Origin: Lachnospiraceae bacterium
GTDB taxonomy: Bacteria; Bacillota; Clostridia; Lachnospirales; Lachnospiraceae
Reading direction: 5' to 3'
DNA: 32,000 bases
NCBI GenBank assembly: GCA_050944355.1
Contig: JBMNQX010000003.1
Span: forward strand, 29,136 to 61,135
Positions within the stretch are counted from its first letter, which is position 1, and each line of letters begins with the position of its first letter. Below are positions 9,673 to 17,675 of the stretch, in pieces. The notes under the pieces are model-generated. The model had not been told where the DNA came from. It made no database searches and worked only from the letters and a program-made list of their open reading frames with translations. The position numbers were made by a program, and so were the translations under genes.

Positions 9673-11567
9673 ATGGATTACGCAAAATCTGCACATGAAG
9701 TCCTTGTCAACATAGGCGGCAGGGACAATCTGGTGTCCGCCGCGCACTGCGCCACGAGACTTCGTCTTGTGGTGGCGGACAACAACAAGGTAGACAGAAA
9801 AAAGTGGAAGCGGTCGACGGCGTAAAGGGCGTGTTTGAGGCTTCCGGACAGCTGCAGGTCATTTTCGGAACCGGCACGGTCAACAAGGTCTTCGATGAGT
9901 TCATCAAAGAAGCCGGAATTGAGGCTGGAACGAAGGACGACGTGAAAGCGGCGGCGGCGCAGAAGCAGAACTTCTTCCTGCGCCTTGTCAAGACACTGGG
10001 CGATGTATTCGTTCCGATCATTCCGGCCATCGTGGCGTCCGGCCTGATGATGGGACTCGTGGAAGGCATCGGCAGTGCCATTCCGGCTTTCGCGGAATCC
10101 GACATCTATTCAATGCTCGATCTCTTTGCCAATGCGGCCTTCACGTTTCTCCCGATTCTGATTGCCATTTCGGCGGCCAAGGTGTTCGGCGCCAATATTT
10201 ATCTGGGTGCTGTCATCGGCATGATCATGGTTCACCCGAACCTGACCAACGCCTGGTCGGCGGCGGAAGCGATCGCCGACGGAACGATGAAAACCTGGAG
10301 CATTTTCGGACTCTACACCGTAAACCAGGTCGGATATCAGGGACACGTCATACCGGTCGTCATAGCCATCTTTGTGCTGTCGCGCATTGAAAAGAAACTG
10401 CACAAAGTTGTGCCGGAGATGATCGATCTGTTTGTGACGCCGCTCGTCTCCGTCATGGTTACCGCTTTCCTGACAATGGCCGTTATCGGACCGATCTTCG
10501 GCCAGCTTGAGACATGGGTTCTCTCAGGAGTACAGTGGCTGATCACGATTCCATACGGACTTGGCGCCATGATCGTCGGCGGTGTATATGCCATCACCGT
10601 TGTCGCCGGTCTGCACCATATGTACAACGCAATTGAGGCCGAGATGATCGCCGCTAACGGCAAGAACATCTGGATGCCGATCGCCACGGCGGCCAACGTC
10701 GCACAGGGCGGTGCGGCACTTGCCATCGCGCTGAAGACAAAGAACAAGAAGATCAAGGAGATGGCTCTCCCGGCTTCTCTTTCTGCGTTCCTCGGAATCA
10801 CCGAGCCGGCCATCTTCGGTGTCAACGTGCGCTATCAGAGACCGTTTATCGCCGGCCTGATCGGCGGTGCAGCAGGCGCCATGGTGGGCTCTATCACCGG
10901 AGTCTATGCGACAGCGTACGGCATCACCGGCCTGTTCGGTTTCCTGATCACGACGGACTCACTTGTAGGCTACGCGCTGGATATGGCGGTTGCCTTTGTC
11001 GTGTCCTTTGGAATTTCCTGGATTCTCGGGCTGAAACCGGAGGATGAAAATCCGGACAGCGCGGCACTCGAGGCTGAAAAGGCTGCTGAGGCCATTGAGG
11101 AGAATCCGACGCCGGCCGTTGAGAAGGATGAACATTTCAAAGAAGTCATTCCGGCCCCGATGGACGGAATTGTAATGCCGGTCACAGAGGCGCCGGATGA
11201 GACATTTGCCTCGGAAGCACTCGGAAAAGGAATTGCTGTGGATCCGGACGACGGCACGGTAAGAGCTCCGTTTGACGGTTCCGTGCTCATGCTGTTTGAC
11301 ACCGGACACGCCATCGCAATCCGCTCGGATATGGGCGTGGAAGTTCTGATTCACGTCGGGCTCGACACGGTAGGTCTCGGTGGCAAACCGTTCAGCTACA
11401 AAGTAGAAGATCAGGCACATTTCCACAAGGGCGACGTGCTGATGACGGCTGATCTGAACATGATCCGTGAAGCCGGCCTCAAGACCGTCACGCCGATGGT
11501 CGTGACAAATGTCGATGACTTTGCGAGCGTCACGGTGGAAAATAACTGCATTGTGGTGGAGAAATAA
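9673..11567 (+). pseudogene. scrA: PTS sucrose-specific EIIBCA, reading frame interrupted (-1) at 9798-9804
   Basis: ATG 9673 opens an EIIB(Scr) domain, [44 protein letters not shown], which includes the active-site Cys. That frame then ends at TAA 9823-9825. The continuation [22 protein letters not shown]... runs in the -1 frame (track ORF 9804..11567) through the EIIC membrane domain and a C-terminal EIIA-Glc domain (GHAIAIRSD, LIHVGLDTV). The frames meet at the A6 run 9798-9803. Confidence 0.8.
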
Positions 11568-12925
11568 TGATAACTGACAGCAAATGGAACCCGAAGTTCC
11601 ACATTTTCCCGCAGGAGGGCGGCTGGGTCAATGATCCGAACGGCCTCTGCCAGATTGACGGGATCTATCACGTGTTTTATCAGTACCGGCCGGACGCGGC
11701 CGACGGCAGCGGCAGAGTCGCGTGGGGACATTCTGTCTCAAAGGACCTGCTGCACTGGGAATTCAGGGGCGCGCCCATCAAACCGGACACGGAGCTCGAC
11801 AAGAGCGGCGCGTATTCCGGATCGGCGCTGGTGGAAGACGGCGTGATGCATCTGTTCTACACCGGAAATGTGAAGCTCCCGGGCGACTATGACTACACGA
11901 CGGCCGGGCGGCTCTCCAACACGATTCTTGTGAGCAGCCGCGACGGCGGCGCCACATTCACGCCAAAGAAAGCCGTGATGACAAATGCCGACTACCCTCA
12001 GGATCTCAGCTGCCATATCCGGGACCCGAAGGTCTGGAAGAAAGACGGGACATACTATATGGTGCTCGGAGCTCGCACGAAAGCGGACAAGGGCGAAGTG
12101 ATCCTGTTTTCTTCAAAGGACAGAGAGCACTGGAAGACAGAAAAAATCATCACCACAAAAGAACCGTTCGGCTATATGTGGGAGTGCCCGGATCTGTTTG
12201 AACTGGGCGGAAAGAGATTTCTGTCGCTGTGCCCGCAGGGCATAAAGGCGCAGGGGATTCTGTACAACAACATTTACCAGTCCGGATACTTTGTCATGAA
12301 CGGCGATGAGCCGGAGGATTTCACGGAGTGGGACAGAGGCTTTGACTTCTATGCGCCGCAGAGTTTTGTGGATGAGAAGGGACGCCGGCTTTTCATCGGC
12401 TGGATGGGCATGTCGGACAGTCCGTTCCCGAACCCGTCCACGAAGGTGGGCTGGCAGCACATGCTGACACTGCCGCGCGTTCTGGAAACGTATGAGAAGG
12501 ACGGCAAAGTGCGGATTGCGCAGCGGCTGATCCCGGAGATCATTCAGCTTCACGGCGAGGCGGAAGAGATCACGGCGGGAACAGACAGTAAGCCGCACAG
12601 CTGCTTCCACGCGCAGTTTGACAATGACGGCCGCGATTTTGACGTGCGCTTCGGCGATATGGAACTTCACTACAGTCAGGCGCAGGGCCGCATGGCGCTG
12701 GTCTTCACGAACTGGACCAACAGTATCGGCGCGGGGCGCTCGGGCAGACGGGCCATCACAGGCGATGTGAAAAAGCTTGACATCATCGTCGACGTCTCGT
12801 CGGCGGAAATTTTTGTCAACGGCGGAGAGGAAGTCTTCACGACGAGGATTTATCCGGAGAGTGCGCTGCCTCTTCACACGTACGGAAAGGGACTGACGGG
12901 CCGGATTTATGACCTGAAAGTTTAA
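11567..12925 (+). CDS. scrB: sucrose-6-phosphate hydrolase (GH32)
   Basis: 452 aa with GH32 motifs WVNDPNG (nucleophile), IRDPKVW and MWECPDLF. The ATG overlaps the scrA stop (TAATG). Confidence 0.92.
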   Translation: MITDSKWNPKFHIFPQEGGWVNDPNGLCQIDGIYHVFYQYRPDAADGSGRVAWGHSVSKDLLHWEFRGAPIKPDTELDKSGAYSGSALVEDGVMHLFYTGNVKLPGDYDYTTAGRLSNTILVSSRDGGATFTPKKAVMTNADYPQDLSCHIRDPKVWKKDGTYYMVLGARTKADKGEVILFSSKDREHWKTEKIITTKEPFGYMWECPDLFELGGKRFLSLCPQGIKAQGILYNNIYQSGYFVMNGDEPEDFTEWDRGFDFYAPQSFVDEKGRRLFIGWMGMSDSPFPNPSTKVGWQHMLTLPRVLETYEKDGKVRIAQRLIPEIIQLHGEAEEITAGTDSKPHSCFHAQFDNDGRDFDVRFGDMELHYSQAQGRMALVFTNWTNSIGAGRSGRRAITGDVKKLDIIVDVSSAEIFVNGGEEVFTTRIYPESALPLHTYGKGLTGRIYDLKV

Positions 12926-12988
12926 GAGCCGGTTCCCGTGCATTTCGGGCCGGCCGGGCACGAAAAGAAAAGGAGATACGGAAAAACT

Positions 12989-13618
12989 ATGATTAAACTG
13001 GAGCGGACGGCTGTCATGAACTTTGAGAATGCCATGAGAGGCGCAAGAAACCCGATGAACAGCTGGGCGAGAAGCGACAGCCACACTGCCCCGGACGGGA
13101 CGTTCACCTTTGGACCGAACGACTTTGATCTGGCAAAACGGCTCGCGAGGGCCGGCTCGGATCACCGCAAGTTCATCCGGCAGATCTTTGTGTCGGTTGA
13201 CATCACGGCGCCGCTCTACTGGTGGAAGGAATTCGATACGTACAAGGTCGCCACGGTGGCCAACTCGACGTCGACGATGCACAAGATCCACGCCAAGCCG
13301 TTTGAGCGCGCTGATTTCTCCTGCGATCACATGGACGAAAAGACGCTTGCGATGCTCGACGAAGTGATTGCGTATCTCGAGAGCGTCCGCCAGGAGTATG
13401 TAAAGACAAAGGACAAACAGCTCTGGTACGACATGATCCAGCTTCTGCCCGAGAGTTACAACCAGATGCGGACGATCACCATGAATTATGAGACGCTCGT
13501 GAACCAGTACTACGCGAGGCGCGATCACAAGCTTCAGGAGTGGCACGAGTACTGCCGCTGGGTCGAGACGCTCCCCTACTTTAAAGACCTGTTTATCGAT
13601 CAGGATATCTCAAGATGA
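12989..13618 (+). CDS. ThyX-fold (Thy1-like) protein with non-canonical active-site motif; function unknown
   Basis: ATG 12989 (MIKLERTAV...) follows AGGAG at 12971-12975. By eye it is collinear with ThyX: HRKFIRQIFVSVDITAPLYWWKEFDTYK aligns with H..FEH..FTF.V.API.V.RQ..RHR, and LLPESYNQMRTITMNYETLVN....R.D.K.Q.E aligns with the ThyX C-terminal helices. The RHR motif is replaced by D/T-Y-K. Confidence 0.55.
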   Translation: MIKLERTAVMNFENAMRGARNPMNSWARSDSHTAPDGTFTFGPNDFDLAKRLARAGSDHRKFIRQIFVSVDITAPLYWWKEFDTYKVATVANSTSTMHKIHAKPFERADFSCDHMDEKTLAMLDEVIAYLESVRQEYVKTKDKQLWYDMIQLLPESYNQMRTITMNYETLVNQYYARRDHKLQEWHEYCRWVETLPYFKDLFIDQDISR

Positions 13619-13657
13619 ACCGGAAGCCCTGAAATTTAATCCGGGCAGAATGAAAAC

Positions 13658-13699
13658 AAGGCTGCTGTCCTGGTGTAAAAGCACCGGGGCAGCAGCCTT
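13658..13699. terminator. bidirectional rho-independent terminator between convergent genes
   Basis: An 18-bp stem, AAGGCTGCTGTCCTGGTG / CACCGGGGCAGCAGCCTT, has two G-U pairs on the + transcript and a 6-nt loop. It is flanked by an A-run upstream and a T-run downstream. Confidence 0.8.
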
Positions 13700-13729
13700 T
13701 TATCTGCGGATTTTTTCGGGACACGGCTG

Positions 13730-15001
13730 TCAGTTCGCCTGATTCAGCTCTTCGGCCGTGGGCAGTCTGGTCTCGCCCGTGCGCAGCCCCTGCATATACT
13801 GATGCATGGACTCTGCGACGATCTTTGAGTGGGCGACGGCCTCTACGACAGTGCGGGCTCCGGCGACAACGTCACCGGAAGCGAAAATCCCGGGAACTGA
13901 CGTGTGACCGGTGTCGTCGGCCTCCAGAAGGCCTTTGTTATTGGTCTGCAGACCTCTTGTCGAGTTGACGAGGCGGTTCTGCGGCCCCTGGCTGATGGAG
14001 ATGATAACGGAATCTGACGGGAAGAACTTGTCGCTGTCCGGGATCTCTTTGAGACTCCCGTCTTCCTGCTCTTCAACTTTGCGGAAAATGACTCCGTCAT
14101 CCCTGATTTCAATCGGTTTCCAGTTGTACTCGAAATCGACGCCTTCAAGCTGCGCATAGCTGAATTCATGCTGGCTGGCGGCGATTTTCTTTGTCAGCGA
14201 GAAGCAGGTCAGATGGCGCACGCCTTTGCGGATCGCGGTGCGGGCGACGTCCATTGCGGCGTTGCCGGCGCCGATGACTGTCACGCGGCTTCCGAGCTGA
14301 TAGCTGTCCGGGTTGTTCAGATAGTTGATGCCGAAATGCACGTTTCCGAACGTCTCGCCTTTGATGTGCAGTACATTCGGCTTCCACACGCCGGTTCCGA
14401 TGAAGATCGAGTTGTAGCCGTCCCGGAACAGATCGCTGATGGTGATGGCCATGCCGATCGTGGTGTTCGGACGGATTTTGATGTCCTTCATGCGGAGATG
14501 CCGGTATTCAAAGTCGTCGAGCACCGATTTGGGAAGGCGGAATTCCGGAATGCCGTAGCGCAGCACGCCGCCGATCTTGTCTTTGCCCTCGAAGATCGTG
14601 ACGTCGTAGCCGTAGCGGGCAAGAATGACGGCGATTGTGAGGCCGGCCGGTCCGGAGCCGATGATGGCGACTCTCTGGCCGTTCTTTTTGCTCGGCCCTT
14701 TTGTCATCTGATTGGCATACGTTTCCGAGATATAGTTTTCGATGATTGAGAAATGAACCGGCGCGCCCTTGATACCGCGCACACAATGGCCTTCGCACTG
14801 ATTTTCGTGATTGCAGATCAGAGAGCAGACGGTTGTGAGCGGATTGTTCTCGAAGAGCATCCAGCCGGCTTCATTGAGCTTTCCCTCGCGCAGAAGACGG
14901 ATTACCGTCGGAATGTCGGTGTGAATCGGGCAGCCCTGACGGCAGCGCGGATTCTTGCACTGGAGACAGCGCGAAGCTTCGTCGAGTACGTGAAGTGACA
15001 T
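13730..15001 (-). CDS. GltD/PreT-like NAD(P)H-dependent Fe-S flavoprotein oxidoreductase (glutamate synthase small-subunit family)
   Basis: 423 aa with N-terminal Cys clusters CLQCKNPRCRQGCP and CNHENQCEGHC and two dinucleotide-binding motifs, IIGSGPAGL and VIGAGNAAMD. The physiological substrate cannot be assigned from sequence. Confidence 0.8.
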   Translation of the reverse strand: MSLHVLDEASRCLQCKNPRCRQGCPIHTDIPTVIRLLREGKLNEAGWMLFENNPLTTVCSLICNHENQCEGHCVRGIKGAPVHFSIIENYISETYANQMTKGPSKKNGQRVAIIGSGPAGLTIAVILARYGYDVTIFEGKDKIGGVLRYGIPEFRLPKSVLDDFEYRHLRMKDIKIRPNTTIGMAITISDLFRDGYNSIFIGTGVWKPNVLHIKGETFGNVHFGINYLNNPDSYQLGSRVTVIGAGNAAMDVARTAIRKGVRHLTCFSLTKKIAASQHEFSYAQLEGVDFEYNWKPIEIRDDGVIFRKVEEQEDGSLKEIPDSDKFFPSDSVIISISQGPQNRLVNSTRGLQTNNKGLLEADDTGHTSVPGIFASGDVVAGARTVVEAVAHSKIVAESMHQYMQGLRTGETRLPTAEELNQAN

Positions 15002-15081
15002 AATTGGGATCCTTTCCCAGGTCTTTTTGCGTAAAATAATGGGTCTGAGACCTTGGCACGAAATATTTTCTGGCTCTTATT

Positions 15082-15110
15082 ATTATAGAATCCGGCGCCG
15101 ATGTTGACAA
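15082..15110 (-). promoter_or_regulatory. putative promoter for the GltD-like gene
   Basis: On the minus strand: TTGTCA (15110-15105), a 17-nt spacer, then TATAAT (15087-15082), about 80 nt upstream of the ATG at 15001. Confidence 0.5.
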
Positions 15111-15132
15111 GTGAGATGGTGAATGTTATATA
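15104..15132 (+). promoter_or_regulatory. putative promoter for hup (extended -10)
   Basis: TTGACA (15104-15109), a 17-nt spacer ending in TGT, then TATATA (15127-15132), 55 nt upstream of the hup ATG. Confidence 0.6.
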
Positions 15133-15186
15133 TTTCAGTAGGGCTTGAAAACAGCGAATTTATGCGATTAAGGAGAGTTTTTTACC

Positions 15187-15462
15187 ATGAACAAGACCGA
15201 ATTGACAGCAGAAATTGCCTCCAAGACAAATCTGACCAAGAAGGACTGCGAGAGCTTTTTGAACGCATTCACTGACGTTGTCACCGATGCACTCTCAAAA
15301 GGCGAAAAGGTTCAGATGATCGGCTTCGGTTCGTTTGAAGTCATCAAGAGATCGGAGAGAACCGGTAAGAATCCGCAGACTGGCAAGACGATCACCATTG
15401 CGGCTGTAAAGGCGCCGAAGTTCAGACCCGGCAAGGCTCTGAAGGACGCTGTAAACGCCTGA
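15187..15462 (+). CDS. hup: DNA-binding protein HU
   Basis: 91 aa: MNKTELTAEIASKT...GFGSFEVIKRSERTGKNPQTGKTITIAAVKAPKFRPGKALKDAVN, which is canonical HU. RBS AAGGAGAG. Confidence 0.95.
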   Translation: MNKTELTAEIASKTNLTKKDCESFLNAFTDVVTDALSKGEKVQMIGFGSFEVIKRSERTGKNPQTGKTITIAAVKAPKFRPGKALKDAVNA

Positions 15463-15487
15463 ATCGGGGAAAGCAATCGCTCAGCAG

Positions 15488-15527
15488 GGAGGAAACGGGC
15501 AGAAACCGTTTCCTCCTTTCTGTCTTT
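15488..15527 (+). terminator. rho-independent terminator after hup
   Basis: GGAGGAAACGG (15488-15498) pairs with CCGTTTCCTCC (15506-15516) around a 7-nt loop, followed by TTTCTGTCTTT. Confidence 0.75.
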
Positions 15528-15547
15528 ATACACAAAGGAGATGCACA

Positions 15548-15787
15548 ATGCGCCTTGACAAATTCTTAAAAGTATCCCGCCTGATCAAGCGCAGGACTGT
15601 GGCAAATGAGGCGTGTGACGCGGGGAGAGTTTCGATCAACGGACGTCCGGCCAAAGCCTCAGCGGACGTGAAAGCCGGCGACATTCTTGAGATTCAGTTC
15701 GGCAACCGCGACGTGAAAGTCCGCGTAAAAGATGTGAAAGAAACAATTCACAAAGAAGATGCTTCGGAAATGTTTGAATATCTGTAA
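15548..15787 (+). CDS. rqcP: S4-domain RNA-binding protein, YabO/RqcP (Hsp15-like) family
   Basis: 79 aa with an S4 domain (MRLDKFLKVSRLIKRRTVANEA...). Its size and position upstream of divIC-tilS-hpt-ftsH match B. subtilis yabO. Confidence 0.8.
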   Translation: MRLDKFLKVSRLIKRRTVANEACDAGRVSINGRPAKASADVKAGDILEIQFGNRDVKVRVKDVKETIHKEDASEMFEYL

Positions 15788-15800
15788 AATGTGCTATACT
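15773..15800 (+). promoter_or_regulatory. possible extended -10 promoter for divIC-tilS-hpt-ftsH
   Basis: TGcTATACT (15792-15800) with a weak -35, TTTGAA/TTGAAT (15773-15779), at 15-16 nt spacing. It lies in the AT-rich gap after yabO. Confidence 0.35.
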
Positions 15801-15855
15801 ATAAATTACTGCTAATATAGTATTTCTAAGAGCATCACCGGAAAGGAGGAAGCAG

Positions 15856-16197
15856 TTGGCACACGGAAAGTATCTAACGGCCAAAGTGAGAGAGCGCAAA
15901 ATGCGCCGCAGAAAGAAAACAATTCAGATAGGCGCCATTGCCGCCGCTGCAGCCATTGTTCTCCTGGCTGCCATTCTTGTGGTCAACGGTCTTCAACTCA
16001 GTGCGAAGAATCAGCAGTACGAGGAGCAGATTGCAAGCCTGGAGGAACAGGTCGCTCTTCAGGAAGAGCGGCAGCAGACCATAGAGGCTGAAGAAGAGTA
16101 CATGCAGACGCAGGATTACGTGGAGGAGATTGCGCAGGAAAAGTTCGGACTCGTGTATCCGGATGAAATTATTTTCCGCGCTGTCAGCGGACAATGA
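15856..16197 (+). CDS. divIC: septum formation initiator family protein (DivIC/FtsB)
   Basis: TTG start 6 nt after AAGGAGG. 113 aa with a basic N-terminus, one TM helix (IGAIAAAAAIVLLAAILVV), a coiled coil (QQYEEQIASLEEQVALQEERQQ) and a C-terminal motif (EEIAQEKFGLVYPDEIIF). Confidence 0.85.
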   Translation: MAHGKYLTAKVRERKMRRRKKTIQIGAIAAAAAIVLLAAILVVNGLQLSAKNQQYEEQIASLEEQVALQEERQQTIEAEEEYMQTQDYVEEIAQEKFGLVYPDEIIFRAVSGQ

Positions 16198-17645
16198 CAG
16201 AAAAAAGCAAAAGCAGGAAGCCGGATGAAAGGCAGGAGAAGATCCTGATCACCGTCCGGGATTTCTGCAGAGAGAATGATCTGTTCGGAGGCTGCCGGGC
16301 AGTCTACGCCGGTGTTTCAGGCGGGGCTGATTCGGTATGCCTCCTGTTTATTTTACAGCGCCTTTTTTCGAGGATGCCGGAAGACAGGCGCCCGAGCCTG
16401 ACGGCCGTACATGTGCATCACGGCATCCGGGGCGCCGAGGCGGACAGGGATGCGGAGTTCACGCGCCGGCTGTGCGCCGGGCTGGGCGTTGCATTTGTTA
16501 TGAAAAGAGTTGACGCGCCGGCGTTTGCGAGGGAAAAGAAGCTGTCGCTCGAGGAGGCGGCGAGGCAGCTGCGGTATGCGGCGCTCCGCGAGGCGGCGGA
16601 CGGAAACCCGATCGCGGTGGCGCACACGGCGAGCGATCAGGCGGAGACGCTGCTGTTCAGGCTTGCGAGAGGAACGGGCGTGCGCGGTCTTGCCGGCATG
16701 AGTCCGAAAACCGGTGATATCTGCCGTCCGCTGCTGTGCCTCACAAGACAGGACACGGAAGCGTTTCTTTTGGCTGAGGGGCAGCCGTTTGTGACGGACA
16801 GCACGAATTTCGGGCGTGACAACGCGCGCTCTATTCTGCGCGCGGATGTGCTGCCGGGGCTCACAGAGGTGAATTCGCAGGCCGTGAGGCATATCGCCAG
16901 AACGGCGGAAGAGCTCGCACAGGCAGAAGAACTGATCCGTGCTCTAAGCAGTGATCTTCTTGAGAAAGCCGGCCGGGACGCGAAGTCCGGCATTCTGCTT
17001 GACATCAGAACACTTAAGGCGGCGCCGGAAATTGTCGGCCGGCGGGCCGTTTTATCGGCGCTGATAAAATCGGCGGGCCACGAACGGGATATTCAGGCGG
17101 TGCATGTACAGGCCGTCTGTGACCTGATGAATGAAGAGACCGGGGCGAGAGTCTGCCTCCCGTACGGCGTGCAGGTGCGCCGGGAATACGACTGTCTGCA
17201 CTTTTTCAGAGGAGAGCCTGCGGAGCGGAAAGCACGCTTTGCGCCGCAGGCTCTCGGGGGAAAAGACCGGGAAGAGCTTGAGAACGGCGGAAAAGTCATT
17301 AAATTCTTCGGACCATGGCGGGCAGAGTTTGTACTGGTTCCAAAATTTGCGCGGGATGAGGATAATGAGTTCACGAAGTTCTTTGATTATGATAAAATGA
17401 AACATGAATTACTGTTCAGAAACGCGGCAGAAAACGATTTTATGCAGACCGGCAGACAGTCCCGGGCAGCGCTTGTCAAGGTCTTCCGTGACAGGAAAAT
17501 CAGTCAGGAACAGCGCGGGGAAGTGCCGCTTGTGGCCGCGGGGAGCGAGGTATACTGGGCTGTCGGCGTAAGACGCAGCCAGGCCGCGCTCATCGATGAG
17601 CAGACAAGAAGGATACTGCGCCTGAGCGTTGCGAGGACGGATTGA
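16194..17645 (+). CDS. tilS: tRNA(Ile)-lysidine synthetase
   Basis: 483 aa with the PP-loop SGGADS (VSGGADSVCLL). ATGA overlap with divIC. Conserved tilS-hpt-ftsH order. Confidence 0.92.
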   Translation: MTEKSKSRKPDERQEKILITVRDFCRENDLFGGCRAVYAGVSGGADSVCLLFILQRLFSRMPEDRRPSLTAVHVHHGIRGAEADRDAEFTRRLCAGLGVAFVMKRVDAPAFAREKKLSLEEAARQLRYAALREAADGNPIAVAHTASDQAETLLFRLARGTGVRGLAGMSPKTGDICRPLLCLTRQDTEAFLLAEGQPFVTDSTNFGRDNARSILRADVLPGLTEVNSQAVRHIARTAEELAQAEELIRALSSDLLEKAGRDAKSGILLDIRTLKAAPEIVGRRAVLSALIKSAGHERDIQAVHVQAVCDLMNEETGARVCLPYGVQVRREYDCLHFFRGEPAERKARFAPQALGGKDREELENGGKVIKFFGPWRAEFVLVPKFARDEDNEFTKFFDYDKMKHELLFRNAAENDFMQTGRQSRAALVKVFRDRKISQEQRGEVPLVAAGSEVYWAVGVRRSQAALIDEQTRRILRLSVARTD

Positions 17646-17675
17646 GTCTCCTTAAGGCGGGCGGAAAGGAAATCC

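Noticed and set aside
9804-9806. GTG 9804 as a genuine independent start codon for scrA.
   Set aside because: It would delete the EIIB active-site Cys, which is encoded just upstream in the +1-shifted frame. The upstream 44 codons are clearly the missing EIIB N-terminus, so the gene is frame-disrupted rather than short.
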